A stretch of 64,000 nucleotides of DNA, from NCBI GenBank assembly GCA_963204965.1, contig CAUJKA010000218.1:17464-81463 (forward strand), read 5' to 3'. Source of the stretch: Planctomycetota bacterium (GTDB lineage Bacteria; Planctomycetota; Planctomycetia; Pirellulales; Pirellulaceae). Under the pieces are notes generated by a model that was not told the DNA's origin, did no database searches, and was given only the letters and a program-made list of their open reading frames with translations. The position numbers and the translations under genes are program-made. Below, piece by piece: positions 9,076 to 18,100 of this stretch (the first letter of the stretch is position 1; every line of letters starts with the position of its first letter).

Positions 9076-11330
9076 CCGGCACTGAAAACGTCATCGAAGT
9101 TCGCAATCTCAGTCGCAATTTTGGCAAGCTGCGAGCTGTTCAAGATGTGTCGCTGTCGATATCTCGCGGATCTATTTACGGTCTGCTTGGTCCAAACGGC
9201 AGCGGAAAGTCAACGATCATTCGAATGCTATGCGGTGTGCTGATGCCTAGCTCGGGCGAGGCTAGCGTATTGGGATGGAACGTGCGTCGCGATGCCGAAG
9301 CAATCAAGCGGTCGATTGGTTATATGTCGCAGAAGTTCAGTTTGTATCCCGATTTGACCGTGCTGGAAAACCTAGACTTCTATGGCAGGATTTACGGGCT
9401 GTCCAGTCAACTTTTGCAACAGCGCAAGGACCAGTTGTTGACGCTAACGCGTTTGACGGATCGCACTTCTCAACTTGCTGGGAATTTGTCTGGCGGCTGG
9501 AAACAACGACTGGCCCTCGCCTGCTCATTGATTCACCATCCCGAAGTTCTCTTCTTGGATGAACCTACCGCTGGCATCGATCCCGTAGCTAGAAGACAGT
9601 TATGGGATCTCTTGTTTGAACTCTCCGGCCAAGGAATGACCTTGCTGGTTACGACACATTACATGGACGAGGCGGAGCGATGCAGCGAGGTAGGCTACAT
9701 CTATCAGTCGCGGATGATTGTTCAAGGTAAACCAGCTCAGCTTAAGACTCTTCCCACTGTCGCACCCAAGGGCAGCCAACGCTTTGAAATGGAAGTCGCA
9801 GGTGCTGCGCAAATGCTACCCAGCGTTCGAGCAATTCCGGGCATTCGCAGTGTGACACTGTTCGGAGAAAGACTGCATGTTTTAGCCGACGATGGTCTTT
9901 CGCCTCAGCAACTTGCGCACGAGATTGAAGGTGTTTCTGTTGAGTCGATTCGCCAAGTAGGAGCCAATTTGGAAGATGTGTTTGTTGCGATGACCGAGCG
10001 AGCGGACCAAGAAGGATTGGAGCCAATTGTTGGGAGCACGGCAGAGCCAAGTTCACCAAACACACTCCCAGGCAATGAAAGTGACGCACCTCGATCGCAT
10101 GAAGAACAAACTAAGACCACGATCTCTACCAAAGATCTCCTCGCTGATAACCGTCAAAGCCAACCGACAGGTCGTGCTTCCGGTCTTCGTGGGCTTTGGG
10201 CGGTCTTGCTTAAGGAGTTCTTTCATATTCGTCGACAACCGGCGACCATCTTCTTCATGCTTGTAGTGCCCGCACTGCAAACGATGATTTTTGGTTGGGC
10301 GATACGGACCGAAATTGAAAACGTTCCGACGGTGGTTTGGGATCAAGATGGTCGACGACATGGGCGCGAGTTGCAAGAGATGCTCACAAATTCTCGGCAA
10401 TTTCGTATCATCTCTCAGGTTCATAGCTCGGAGGAGTTTCACGCAGCTCTGAGATCGGGACAGGCTCGCGTGGGTCTGTTGATACCTGCAGACTATTCCG
10501 ATCGACTGCTGAGTGGTCAACAGGTACAGGTTCCCGTGTTGATAGACGGCAGTGACTCTCAAACGGCAACTGCATCGATGAACACAATCAACCTTCTAGG
10601 AACTCAGTTATCGATTCAAGTCGCCCGAGCAAAAGGCGAAGCGGCTCAGTTTGTTCCCGCTCGCGATCGTGCGGGCGAACTGGCGATGCCTGTCGAGATG
10701 CGACCTCGATTGATGTACAATCCAAATCTCGAAAGTGCTCGATTCTTCGTTCCAGGTTTGGTGGGAATCATCCTTCAGCTTGTAACCCTTTTCCTAACCA
10801 GCTTTGCCATCGTGCGCGAGCGTGAGATGGGAACGCTTGAGCAACTGTTCGTGACACCGGTGGGGCGCGCGGGGCTGATGTTGGGCAAATTGCTTCCCTA
10901 CGCGATCATTGGACTGGCCGAAGTGCTGATTGTGCTCAGTATCATGGTCTTCCTCTTTGACGTACCAATTCGCGGCAGTATCGGGTTGTTGCTCGCGCTA
11001 TCGGGACTTTTCATTGTCTGTAGCCTGAGCTTGGGACTCTACGTTTCTTCGATTGCGAAGACTCAGGTCGAAGCCTTGCAATTCAGTTTCATCATCATGC
11101 TGCCATCTGTGCTATTGTCGGGATTTATGTTTCCACGCGCCGAGATGCCGATGCCAGTCTTTCTTGCAACGCACTTGCTACCCGCGACCTACTTTATCGA
11201 GATCCTTCGCGGCATCATCCTGCGAGACACCGACTTCATTGACTTACTGCCTTGGATTGGTGGATTGACGGCGTGTTGCATCGGCCTTTTGATGCTCAGC
11301 ATTACTCGATTCCAAAAGCAGATCGAGTAG
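9072..11330 (+). CDS. Fused ABC transporter: N-terminal ATPase plus C-terminal ABC-2 type permease
   Basis: Walker A GLLGPNGSGKST, signature LSGGWKQRLALA and Walker B VLFLDEPTAGID are present, followed by about 6 predicted TM helices of ABC-2 type. I set the start to ATG 9072 (MTGTENVIEVRNL); the track ORF starts at 9024. Confidence 0.85.
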   Translation: MTGTENVIEVRNLSRNFGKLRAVQDVSLSISRGSIYGLLGPNGSGKSTIIRMLCGVLMPSSGEASVLGWNVRRDAEAIKRSIGYMSQKFSLYPDLTVLENLDFYGRIYGLSSQLLQQRKDQLLTLTRLTDRTSQLAGNLSGGWKQRLALACSLIHHPEVLFLDEPTAGIDPVARRQLWDLLFELSGQGMTLLVTTHYMDEAERCSEVGYIYQSRMIVQGKPAQLKTLPTVAPKGSQRFEMEVAGAAQMLPSVRAIPGIRSVTLFGERLHVLADDGLSPQQLAHEIEGVSVESIRQVGANLEDVFVAMTERADQEGLEPIVGSTAEPSSPNTLPGNESDAPRSHEEQTKTTISTKDLLADNRQSQPTGRASGLRGLWAVLLKEFFHIRRQPATIFFMLVVPALQTMIFGWAIRTEIENVPTVVWDQDGRRHGRELQEMLTNSRQFRIISQVHSSEEFHAALRSGQARVGLLIPADYSDRLLSGQQVQVPVLIDGSDSQTATASMNTINLLGTQLSIQVARAKGEAAQFVPARDRAGELAMPVEMRPRLMYNPNLESARFFVPGLVGIILQLVTLFLTSFAIVREREMGTLEQLFVTPVGRAGLMLGKLLPYAIIGLAEVLIVLSIMVFLFDVPIRGSIGLLLALSGLFIVCSLSLGLYVSSIAKTQVEALQFSFIIMLPSVLLSGFMFPRAEMPMPVFLATHLLPATYFIEILRGIILRDTDFIDLLPWIGGLTACCIGLLMLSITRFQKQIE

Positions 11331-11425
11331 GCTGAGCAGTGCGGCTTAGATCGACAGAGAGTTTTGGAATCGGAAGACAAGAAACAAACTAGTTAGTCGA
11401 ATTGCTGCCGACTCCCGATGCCTTG

Positions 11426-11719
11426 TCAAACTGAGGCGACGGCATTTGTCGCAAATGCTAAGTTGCCCACGACAATTGCAAGTGACAAAACCCCCAGAGT
11501 TAAAGTGTCTCTCCATCCAAGATGGTTCTTTCGAATGACAATATAGCAACCAATCCCGATCAAAAGCGGTGAGACCATCACGCAGGGAACGAGTAATCGC
11601 AACTTAGTCGCGATCAGCAATCCAAGGCAATCTGCAATTAAGAAGCCCATCGCCACACAGATCGCAAATGCTATTCCCAGTAGTGACTTGGACTCTTCTT
11701 TCATACTTTGAATCAACAT
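11426..11719 (-). CDS. Small integral membrane protein (hypothetical)
   Basis: 97 aa with three hydrophobic segments. The call rests on the ORF and hydrophobicity only. Confidence 0.4.
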   Translation of the reverse strand: MLIQSMKEESKSLLGIAFAICVAMGFLIADCLGLLIATKLRLLVPCVMVSPLLIGIGCYIVIRKNHLGWRDTLTLGVLSLAIVVGNLAFATNAVASV

Positions 11720-11780
11720 CTCGTTCTCAAGTGGTTATGGAGGCTGACAACGCGTTAGGGACGCTCGACTTTCTCAGAGG

Positions 11781-12566
11781 CTATTTGTTGAACTTGCGAG
11801 CGCTCCAAGGAAGTCCAAAGATACAATAATGTGCACCTTCTATCGTATTGGTTCGATAGCGTTTGCCAGTTTCGGAAATCAACTGACGCATCGCTATTAG
11901 CGTCTTGATATTCAGGTCGCGACGTCGATTGAATTCTGCTGCAGGTAAAGGCCGCGCATCTGGATGCCACGGTGGCTCGCGCTGAGCGTCTGCATTCTTA
12001 AAATACTCGAGCATTGCATCAATCGCCTCAATCTGAACCTTTGCCGCACCTCGACTTTTGTTCTTTCGCCAGTAGGTTGCTAAGTCCATTGCGGACTTGT
12101 CGGCCGGGGAAGTCTCTCGTGGAGGAAAAAGACCGAACTGTGATCGACTGACGACGTGCAGTTCGTTTTCGAAGCCGATCAACATCGCTTCGGCAATTGT
12201 GCGACACGCTTCTCCCACAGTGACGTTATAGTCGACATAGGAGTTGACCGAATAGGAATACCTCGGATCCTCTTCATGCTCAAGCAACAGGTCAATCGCG
12301 GCATCATCTTCTGCAAGCAGTGTTTGAATCGCGTTGTAAACCAGAACTTGGCGACTCTTATCGTAACTTTCAGGAAAACGAATTGTCTGATCCTCTCCGC
12401 GACGAGCGTTTCCAAGAATGGGGGGCGTATTGTTGCGAGAAGCGAGTTGTTCGATGAGTATTTCCACTCGCTTCCGAGTACGGTCAGGCATTGCGTCGAT
12501 TGGTTGTTGCGCATGAAGGGCATGTTCAAACAGCAGGAAAGCAAATATCAACAGGATGGTTCGCAT
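11781..12566 (-). CDS. Secreted hypothetical protein
   Basis: ATG start with signal-peptide-like MRTILLIFAFLLFEHALHAQQ. It lies 68 nt downstream of polX on the same strand. No motif was recognised. Confidence 0.6.
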   Translation of the reverse strand: MRTILLIFAFLLFEHALHAQQPIDAMPDRTRKRVEILIEQLASRNNTPPILGNARRGEDQTIRFPESYDKSRQVLVYNAIQTLLAEDDAAIDLLLEHEEDPRYSYSVNSYVDYNVTVGEACRTIAEAMLIGFENELHVVSRSQFGLFPPRETSPADKSAMDLATYWRKNKSRGAAKVQIEAIDAMLEYFKNADAQREPPWHPDARPLPAAEFNRRRDLNIKTLIAMRQLISETGKRYRTNTIEGAHYCIFGLPWSARKFNK

Positions 12567-12634
12567 AACCTAATGCCTTTGCAATTCGTACTTGCTTATT
12601 CGCTCGTCGACAGCCGGATGCTCAACAAGACAAA

Positions 12635-14368
12635 CTATCCTCTGTCGCACCAACGAAGAAACTGTTCCAGCGGCCAAGTGTTGAGCACTTGCGATTTCAA
12701 TAGCCCAGCTCGTCGAGCCTGGAGTACACCGTAGTGAATTACTTCCAAGCCATCGATCGAATGGGCGTCAGTGTTAATTGCGATGGGCACGCCAGCGGCC
12801 GAGGCTTGAATCAAATGCTGCTCGCACAAGTCAAGTCGATAGGGGCTCGAGTTCAGCTCAAGTGCTTTGCTATACTGAGCCGCCGTTGCAATCACTGCCT
12901 CCATGTCCACTTCATACGGCGGTCTGGTGCCCAGTAGTCTGCCGGTGGGGTGAGCGACGATATCCACGTTGGGATTCTGTAGAGCATCTACGATCCGTTT
13001 GGTAATCTCGTCGCGGCTTTGCTTCTGGCCATAGTGAACACTGGCGATGACCCAATCAGCTTGCGCCAGGACTTCATCGACGATATCCAATGGACCAGCT
13101 TCTAAAATGTCACATTCGACCGACTTGAGGACACGAAACGCACCTTCCAAAGTTGCGTTGATCTGATCGATCTCTTCCCACTGTTTCAAGAGTCGCTCTT
13201 CGTTCAACCCGCGAGCCATACTCACTCGCTTGGAATGGTCGGTGATCGCGATGTACTTGAGCCCGCGTTTTCTCGCTGCTGCAATCATTTCACCAATCGT
13301 ATTCGATCCATCCGACTCAGTGGTATGCATGTGCAAGTCGCACAAAATGGCTTCGACTGTGATCAAGTCTGGAATGGATGCACCCGATTCAGCCCACTCA
13401 ATCTCATGTCGACCTTCGCGAAGTTCGGGAGGAATCCAACTTAGACCGAGCTTTGAATAAAGTTCTTGTTCGGTAGTGCCATACATGGGAGGCTGGCTAC
13501 CATCTAAGTTAGTGATTCCGTATTCGTTCACCGACATTCCCATCTTACGAGCTCGTGAACGTATTGCCACGTTGTGCTCTTTCGATCCGGTGAAGTACTG
13601 CAAGGCGGCGCCAAAAGATTCCGCGGCAACGACTCGCAAATCGACTTGAAACTGAGCTTCGACTCGAATCGACATCTTCGTGTCACCTCGAGCAATCGTG
13701 CTCAATCGTCCAGGGAAAGACTCCAGTTGATCCATGACAACTGTAGGGCTGTCGCTCACAACCAAGATATCGACGTCGCCGACAGTCTCTTTTCCGCGAC
13801 GGTAGCTTCCCGCGAATTCAAGTTGCTTGATTGCCGTGCACAGCTCAAGATGGCCTCGCAAACGAAACACCAATCGCTCAGCCTGGTCGATACGTAGTCG
13901 CATCGAAGCTTGCTCGGCAATTGCCAGTCCATCTAAGATCTGTTGTTCGGACTTGGCGCCGAAGCCTTTCATGTCACGAACTTTGTGTTGCTCGCAAGCC
14001 TGGCGGAGTTCTTCAAGAGATTGAAGGTTCAGTTCCTTTTGAAGCGCCATGGCCTTCTTGGCACCGAGACCAGGAATGCGAGTCATCTGAATCAAGACTG
14101 GTGGAGTCTGAGCTCGCAGTTCTTCAAGCTGCGGAAGCTTGCCGGTTTCAATCAGCGTTTGACACTTCTGTGCAAGCGTATCGCCAATTCCAGCGATCGA
14201 TTGCAAGGGTGTCGTCGCGTCGGCCAGGATTTCTTTGACCGAGCGATTGAGTTCGAGAATAGCTTTCGCTCCCGTGCGATAGGCTCGTACTCGAAAAGCG
14301 TTTTCACCGCGGAGTTCAAGAAGGTCAGCAAGTTCTTCGAAAACTTGCGCAATATCGGCGTTGTTCAT
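12635..14368 (-). CDS. polX: Family X DNA polymerase with C-terminal PHP (polymerase/histidinol phosphatase) domain
   Basis: It shows N-terminal helix-hairpin-helix regions (GIGDTLAQK, IPGLGAKKA), a Pol-beta nucleotidyltransferase motif GSYRRGKETVGDVDILV, and PHP motifs DLHMHTTESDGS, ITDHS and NTDAHS. I set the start at ATG 14368 (MNNADIAQVFEE...); the track starts at 14392. Confidence 0.9.
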   Translation of the reverse strand: MNNADIAQVFEELADLLELRGENAFRVRAYRTGAKAILELNRSVKEILADATTPLQSIAGIGDTLAQKCQTLIETGKLPQLEELRAQTPPVLIQMTRIPGLGAKKAMALQKELNLQSLEELRQACEQHKVRDMKGFGAKSEQQILDGLAIAEQASMRLRIDQAERLVFRLRGHLELCTAIKQLEFAGSYRRGKETVGDVDILVVSDSPTVVMDQLESFPGRLSTIARGDTKMSIRVEAQFQVDLRVVAAESFGAALQYFTGSKEHNVAIRSRARKMGMSVNEYGITNLDGSQPPMYGTTEQELYSKLGLSWIPPELREGRHEIEWAESGASIPDLITVEAILCDLHMHTTESDGSNTIGEMIAAARKRGLKYIAITDHSKRVSMARGLNEERLLKQWEEIDQINATLEGAFRVLKSVECDILEAGPLDIVDEVLAQADWVIASVHYGQKQSRDEITKRIVDALQNPNVDIVAHPTGRLLGTRPPYEVDMEAVIATAAQYSKALELNSSPYRLDLCEQHLIQASAAGVPIAINTDAHSIDGLEVIHYGVLQARRAGLLKSQVLNTWPLEQFLRWCDRG

Positions 14369-14446
14369 GGATGGTGAGCTGAATAGAAACAATCGAGAGT
14401 GAAGCTAAATTGAGCTTTGGACTAAGCCTCAATTGTGGCGATTCCC

Positions 14447-14474
14447 CAGTGTTCCACAACCAGTGTTCCACATC
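14447..14474. repeat. Tandem direct repeat, 14-bp period (CAGTGTTCCACA-AC / CAGTGTTCCACA-TC)
   Basis: Read directly: the 12-nt core is identical at 14447-14458 and 14461-14472. It lies about 80 nt upstream of the polX start, in the polX/PKS divergent region. Confidence 0.9.
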
Positions 14475-14488
14475 CAGAACTGCCCCGC

Positions 14489-14520
14489 TAAGGATCGTTG
14501 GGGGTAAGAATCGTTGGGCA
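14489..14520. repeat. Tandem direct repeat, 16-bp period (TAAGGATCGTTGGGGG / TAAGAATCGTTGGGCA)
   Basis: Read directly; 13 of 16 positions are identical. It is adjacent to the previous repeat and to the hairpin at 14539-14566. Confidence 0.85.
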
Positions 14521-14522
14521 AC

Positions 14523-14566
14523 GTTTAGAAAAGAAAAAGGCAGCCAGACTAGAAAGTCTGGCTGCC
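14523..14566 (-). terminator. Intrinsic-terminator-like hairpin oriented for the minus strand, with no annotated gene upstream of it
   Basis: GGCAGCCAGACT-agaa-AGTCTGGCTGCC is a perfect 12-bp stem with a 4-nt loop (14539-14566). On the minus strand it is followed by TTTTTCTTTTCT (complement of 14527-14538). On the plus strand it has no U-tract. Confidence 0.5.
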
Positions 14567-14688
14567 CGGGGCATCTCGCGGGATGGGCATTTCCCGACCG
14601 GGCTTTAGCAAGCAGGTCTGATCGCAGAGAGCACAGTGTCCTGGTTTGAGATCCTCGCCGCGTTGGTTGACCTGCTTTGCCTAACGAC

Positions 14689-14720
14689 GGCATGCATTAC
14701 CAATGGCATGCATTACCAAT
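14689..14720. repeat. Perfect 16-bp tandem duplication GGCATGCATTACCAAT x2, bracketed by complementary arms
   Basis: Read directly: 14689-14704 equals 14705-14720. AACGACGG (14683-14690), CCGTCGTT (14731-14738) and CGACGG (14751-14756) could form mutually exclusive hairpins. Confidence 0.9.
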
Positions 14721-15198
14721 CAAGTGCATTCCGTCGTTCATTAAGTAATGCGACGGTTCCAGCAGACTGTGGGACAGGTTGCGGGATGGAATGTGGATCT
14801 TCATCGCCTGCTTTGGCCATTATCTCCGCGGGGCTGTGCAACTACGCCGCCGGGCCAAGTGAACGCTCTGCGAGCCCTAGTGACTTTGGGGTTTTGAGTT
14901 GTCGAACATGCGTTGATGGCCGTGGAAGTTCAGGTTGTAGCGGTTGTAGCAGTGATGACTGGCCTCGAACGAGCTCATACGAAACTTGCGGAAAACACAG
15001 TATCAAATCAGTCCCAAGCTAGTCGCCAAGTAACGCACTCACAGATGTCGGAGTATTTGCTTTGCAATCGAACTGAGCAAGATACGACACCGCGTGCAAC
15101 CGTACGGCCCAACGACCGCCGCGACAAAAGAAAACAACCAGAACGTTTACTGCAGTTTACGAAACGAATGATTCGCTTCACGAGGAAGAGCTGAAAAA

Positions 15199-18100
15199 AT
15201 GCCAAATGCCGGAAATCAGGTACAGCCCATCGCAATTGTTGGAATGGCTTGTCGCTATCCTGGAGAGTTGGAAGATATTCAAAAGCTCTGGGAAGGGCTG
15301 CGCAACAAATACAACGCTATCTCCGAAACGCCACCTGATCGCTGGTCCGCTGATCGTTATTACTCGGCGAACGAAGCTTCTCGAGGCAAAACATATGTTC
15401 GCCGCGGTGGTTATCTGAAGCGCGATCCGCGACTCTTTGACGCGGGATTTTTCGGCATTTCGCCGCGCGACGCAGAGAACATGGATCCGCAGCAACGTTT
15501 AATGCTGGAAGTTACTTGGGAGGCGTTTGAAAACGCAGGTCTCAATCTTCCCGAGCTTGCGCGCCGAAGTGTGGGTGTGTACGTCGGCGGCTTTATGCTG
15601 GACCACATGATCACACAGATGTCGTTTGCCAATCGATCTGCGATCAACCAATACAGCGCAGCGGGCATGATGATGACCATGTTGTCCAATCGTGTCTCCC
15701 ACACGTTTGACTTCCGCGGCCCCAGCCTTTCTATCGATACCGCCTGTTCATCATCACTCGTCGCATTTCACTACGCTTGCCAAGATATTTGGAAGTCGGC
15801 ATGTGAACTGGCCGTTGTTGGTGGCGTCAATGTGATGATGCGGCCCGAGTATCCCATTGGCATGTGCAAAGGCCATTTTCTTGCCAAAGACGGACAGTGC
15901 AAGTCGTTTGATGAACGAGGCGACGGATATGGCCGCGCCGAAGGTGCGGGCGTAGTTTTGCTCAAGCCTCTTTCGAAAGCAATCGAAGACGGCGATGACA
16001 TTTGGGCAACAGTCATTGCAACTGGAACCAATCAAGACGGTCACACTCCAGGTATTTCCATGCCTAACGGTGAGGCTCAAGCAGATTTGATCCGCGAGGT
16101 TTGTAGCAAATACAACGTAGATCCACGTTCGGTTCAATACGTCGAATGCCACGGAACCGGAACGGCTATCGGCGACCCGACCGAAGCTGGCGCAATCGGA
16201 ACGACCTATGGTGTTGGACGAAGCGAAGACAATCGAGTCATCATCGGCACGATCAAGAGCAATCTAGGACACATGGAAGCTGGTGCTGGTGTAGCCGGTA
16301 TCATCAAGGCGACGCTCACGTTACACCATCGAGAGACTTCGCCGCTAGCCAATCTACAAACGCCCAATCCAAACATCAATTTCGATGCCTTGGGTGTGAA
16401 GCTATCCGATGCAAAGTACCAGCTTGTATCTACCGACTCGACTCCAGTTCGCGCCGCGGTCAATTCCTTCGGATACGGCGGATCAAATGCTCACGCCATT
16501 CTTCAAGCCTTCGATCATTCTGTCGAACAGAACTCCGCTCAGCCGCGAAATGGCTTCGTCGGTGCCGACAATTCCGTCGAATCGTTGCCAATGATGTTGC
16601 CAATTACCGGGCGAAGCGTCAACGCGGTCAACGATTTGGCACGCTGCTACTACGAGATGCTCGAAGCAGGCACAAATCTCGACGATCTGATCTACAGCCT
16701 AATCCGCCGTCGCGCGCATTTGACTCAGCGACTCGTTGTGGCCGGACGTAATAGCGAAGATCTCAAAAAGAATCTGAAGGCTGTCCTCGATGGAGAAGTC
16801 GCCGGACAGTTCGCTCGGGGACAAAGTCCATACTCCGGCTCGGGTAAGCCAGTCTTTGTGTTCACTGGCATGGGCCCGCAGTGGTGGGCGATGGGTCAGG
16901 AACTTTACGCTCAAAACTCAGTCTATCGCAACGCAGTTGATAAAGCGGATCGAGTTTTCCAATCGATTGCTGGCTTCTCTGCTTTGGCTGAGATGATGAA
17001 GGACGAGCAAAGTTCGGAAATCACTAAGACTGAATTTGCACAGCCTGCGAACTTCTTGATTCAAATTGGACTCACTGAAGTACTTCGTTCACGCGGCATT
17101 GAACCAGCCGCATGCGTGGGACACTCAGTGGGTGAGCTAGCTTCGGCGTATGTCGCTGGAGTGCTTTCCTTAGAAGACGCGATGACGGTCTGCTACCATC
17201 GAAGCCAACAGCAAGCCAAAGCTCGCGGAGCTGGAAGCATGATCGCTGTTGGAGTCAATCTAGAACGCGCCAAAGAGTTGGTGGCAAACTGTGATGGAGC
17301 CGTTTCGATTGCCGCGATCAATGGTGAGACCAATATCACCTTAGCCGGTGAAACCGAATCAATCGTTGCCATCTCCGAAGAGCTCACTACACAAAACGTC
17401 TTCAATCGATTGTTGGAAGTCGAAGTTCCTTACCACGGTCCAGCTATGGACCCGTTGATGGAGCCATTGGCTTACGATCTCCGTTCGATTCAGCCTAAGC
17501 TTCCAACAATGCAGCTCTATTCGACCGTTACGGGACAACGAGTCGATGGTGTTGCCTATGGAGCAGGTTATTGGCCGAAGAACATTCGTCAGCCTGTCGA
17601 ATTCGTTCAGGCAATCCGCAGCGCGATCAACGACGGGCACACGATCTTCATCGAAGTCGGTCCTCACCCGGTTCTGGCAACGTCATTGAAAGAGTGCATC
17701 CAAAGCTCGGGCAAGGACTGTCGCCAACTTTTCACTCTCCGACGAAAAACCTCGGAAGTGGAAGCCATGGATCGCTCGGTGCTGGAGTACTACGCTTTTG
17801 GTGGACGACTAGCTTGGAATAAGATCATTCGTCCTGGCAAGATCATTGGCTTGCCGAATTACTCTTGGCAACGTGAATTGCTCTGGGTTGAAAACGATCG
17901 CGCGGGACAAGATCGCCGTGAAATTGTGACCCATCCTATCCTAGGTATCCAAGAAGCACCGGCGACGTGCGCCTATCGTAACGATTTCGATTTTGAATCG
18001 GTCAATTACCTTCGCGATCACCAAGTGATGGGGTTGCCGATCCTTCCTGCCGCTGGATACATCGAGGCGTTCATGGAGCTGGCAGGAATTGAGTTTTCGC

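Noticed and set aside
12156-12734. A 192-aa plus-strand ORF spanning the junction between polX and the secreted hypothetical gene
   Set aside because: It is antisense to two minus-strand genes, one of which (polX) has strong motif support. It has no RBS and no motif.
14636-15022. A 128-aa Cys-rich ORF (GTG start) in the PKS leader, briefly considered as a RiPP-like or metal-binding small protein
   Set aside because: It reads straight through the perfect 16-bp tandem duplication and the hairpin arms. It has a weak GTG start with no RBS and a composition typical of a random GC-rich frame. I treated the region as non-coding and regulatory, but Ribo-seq could revisit this.
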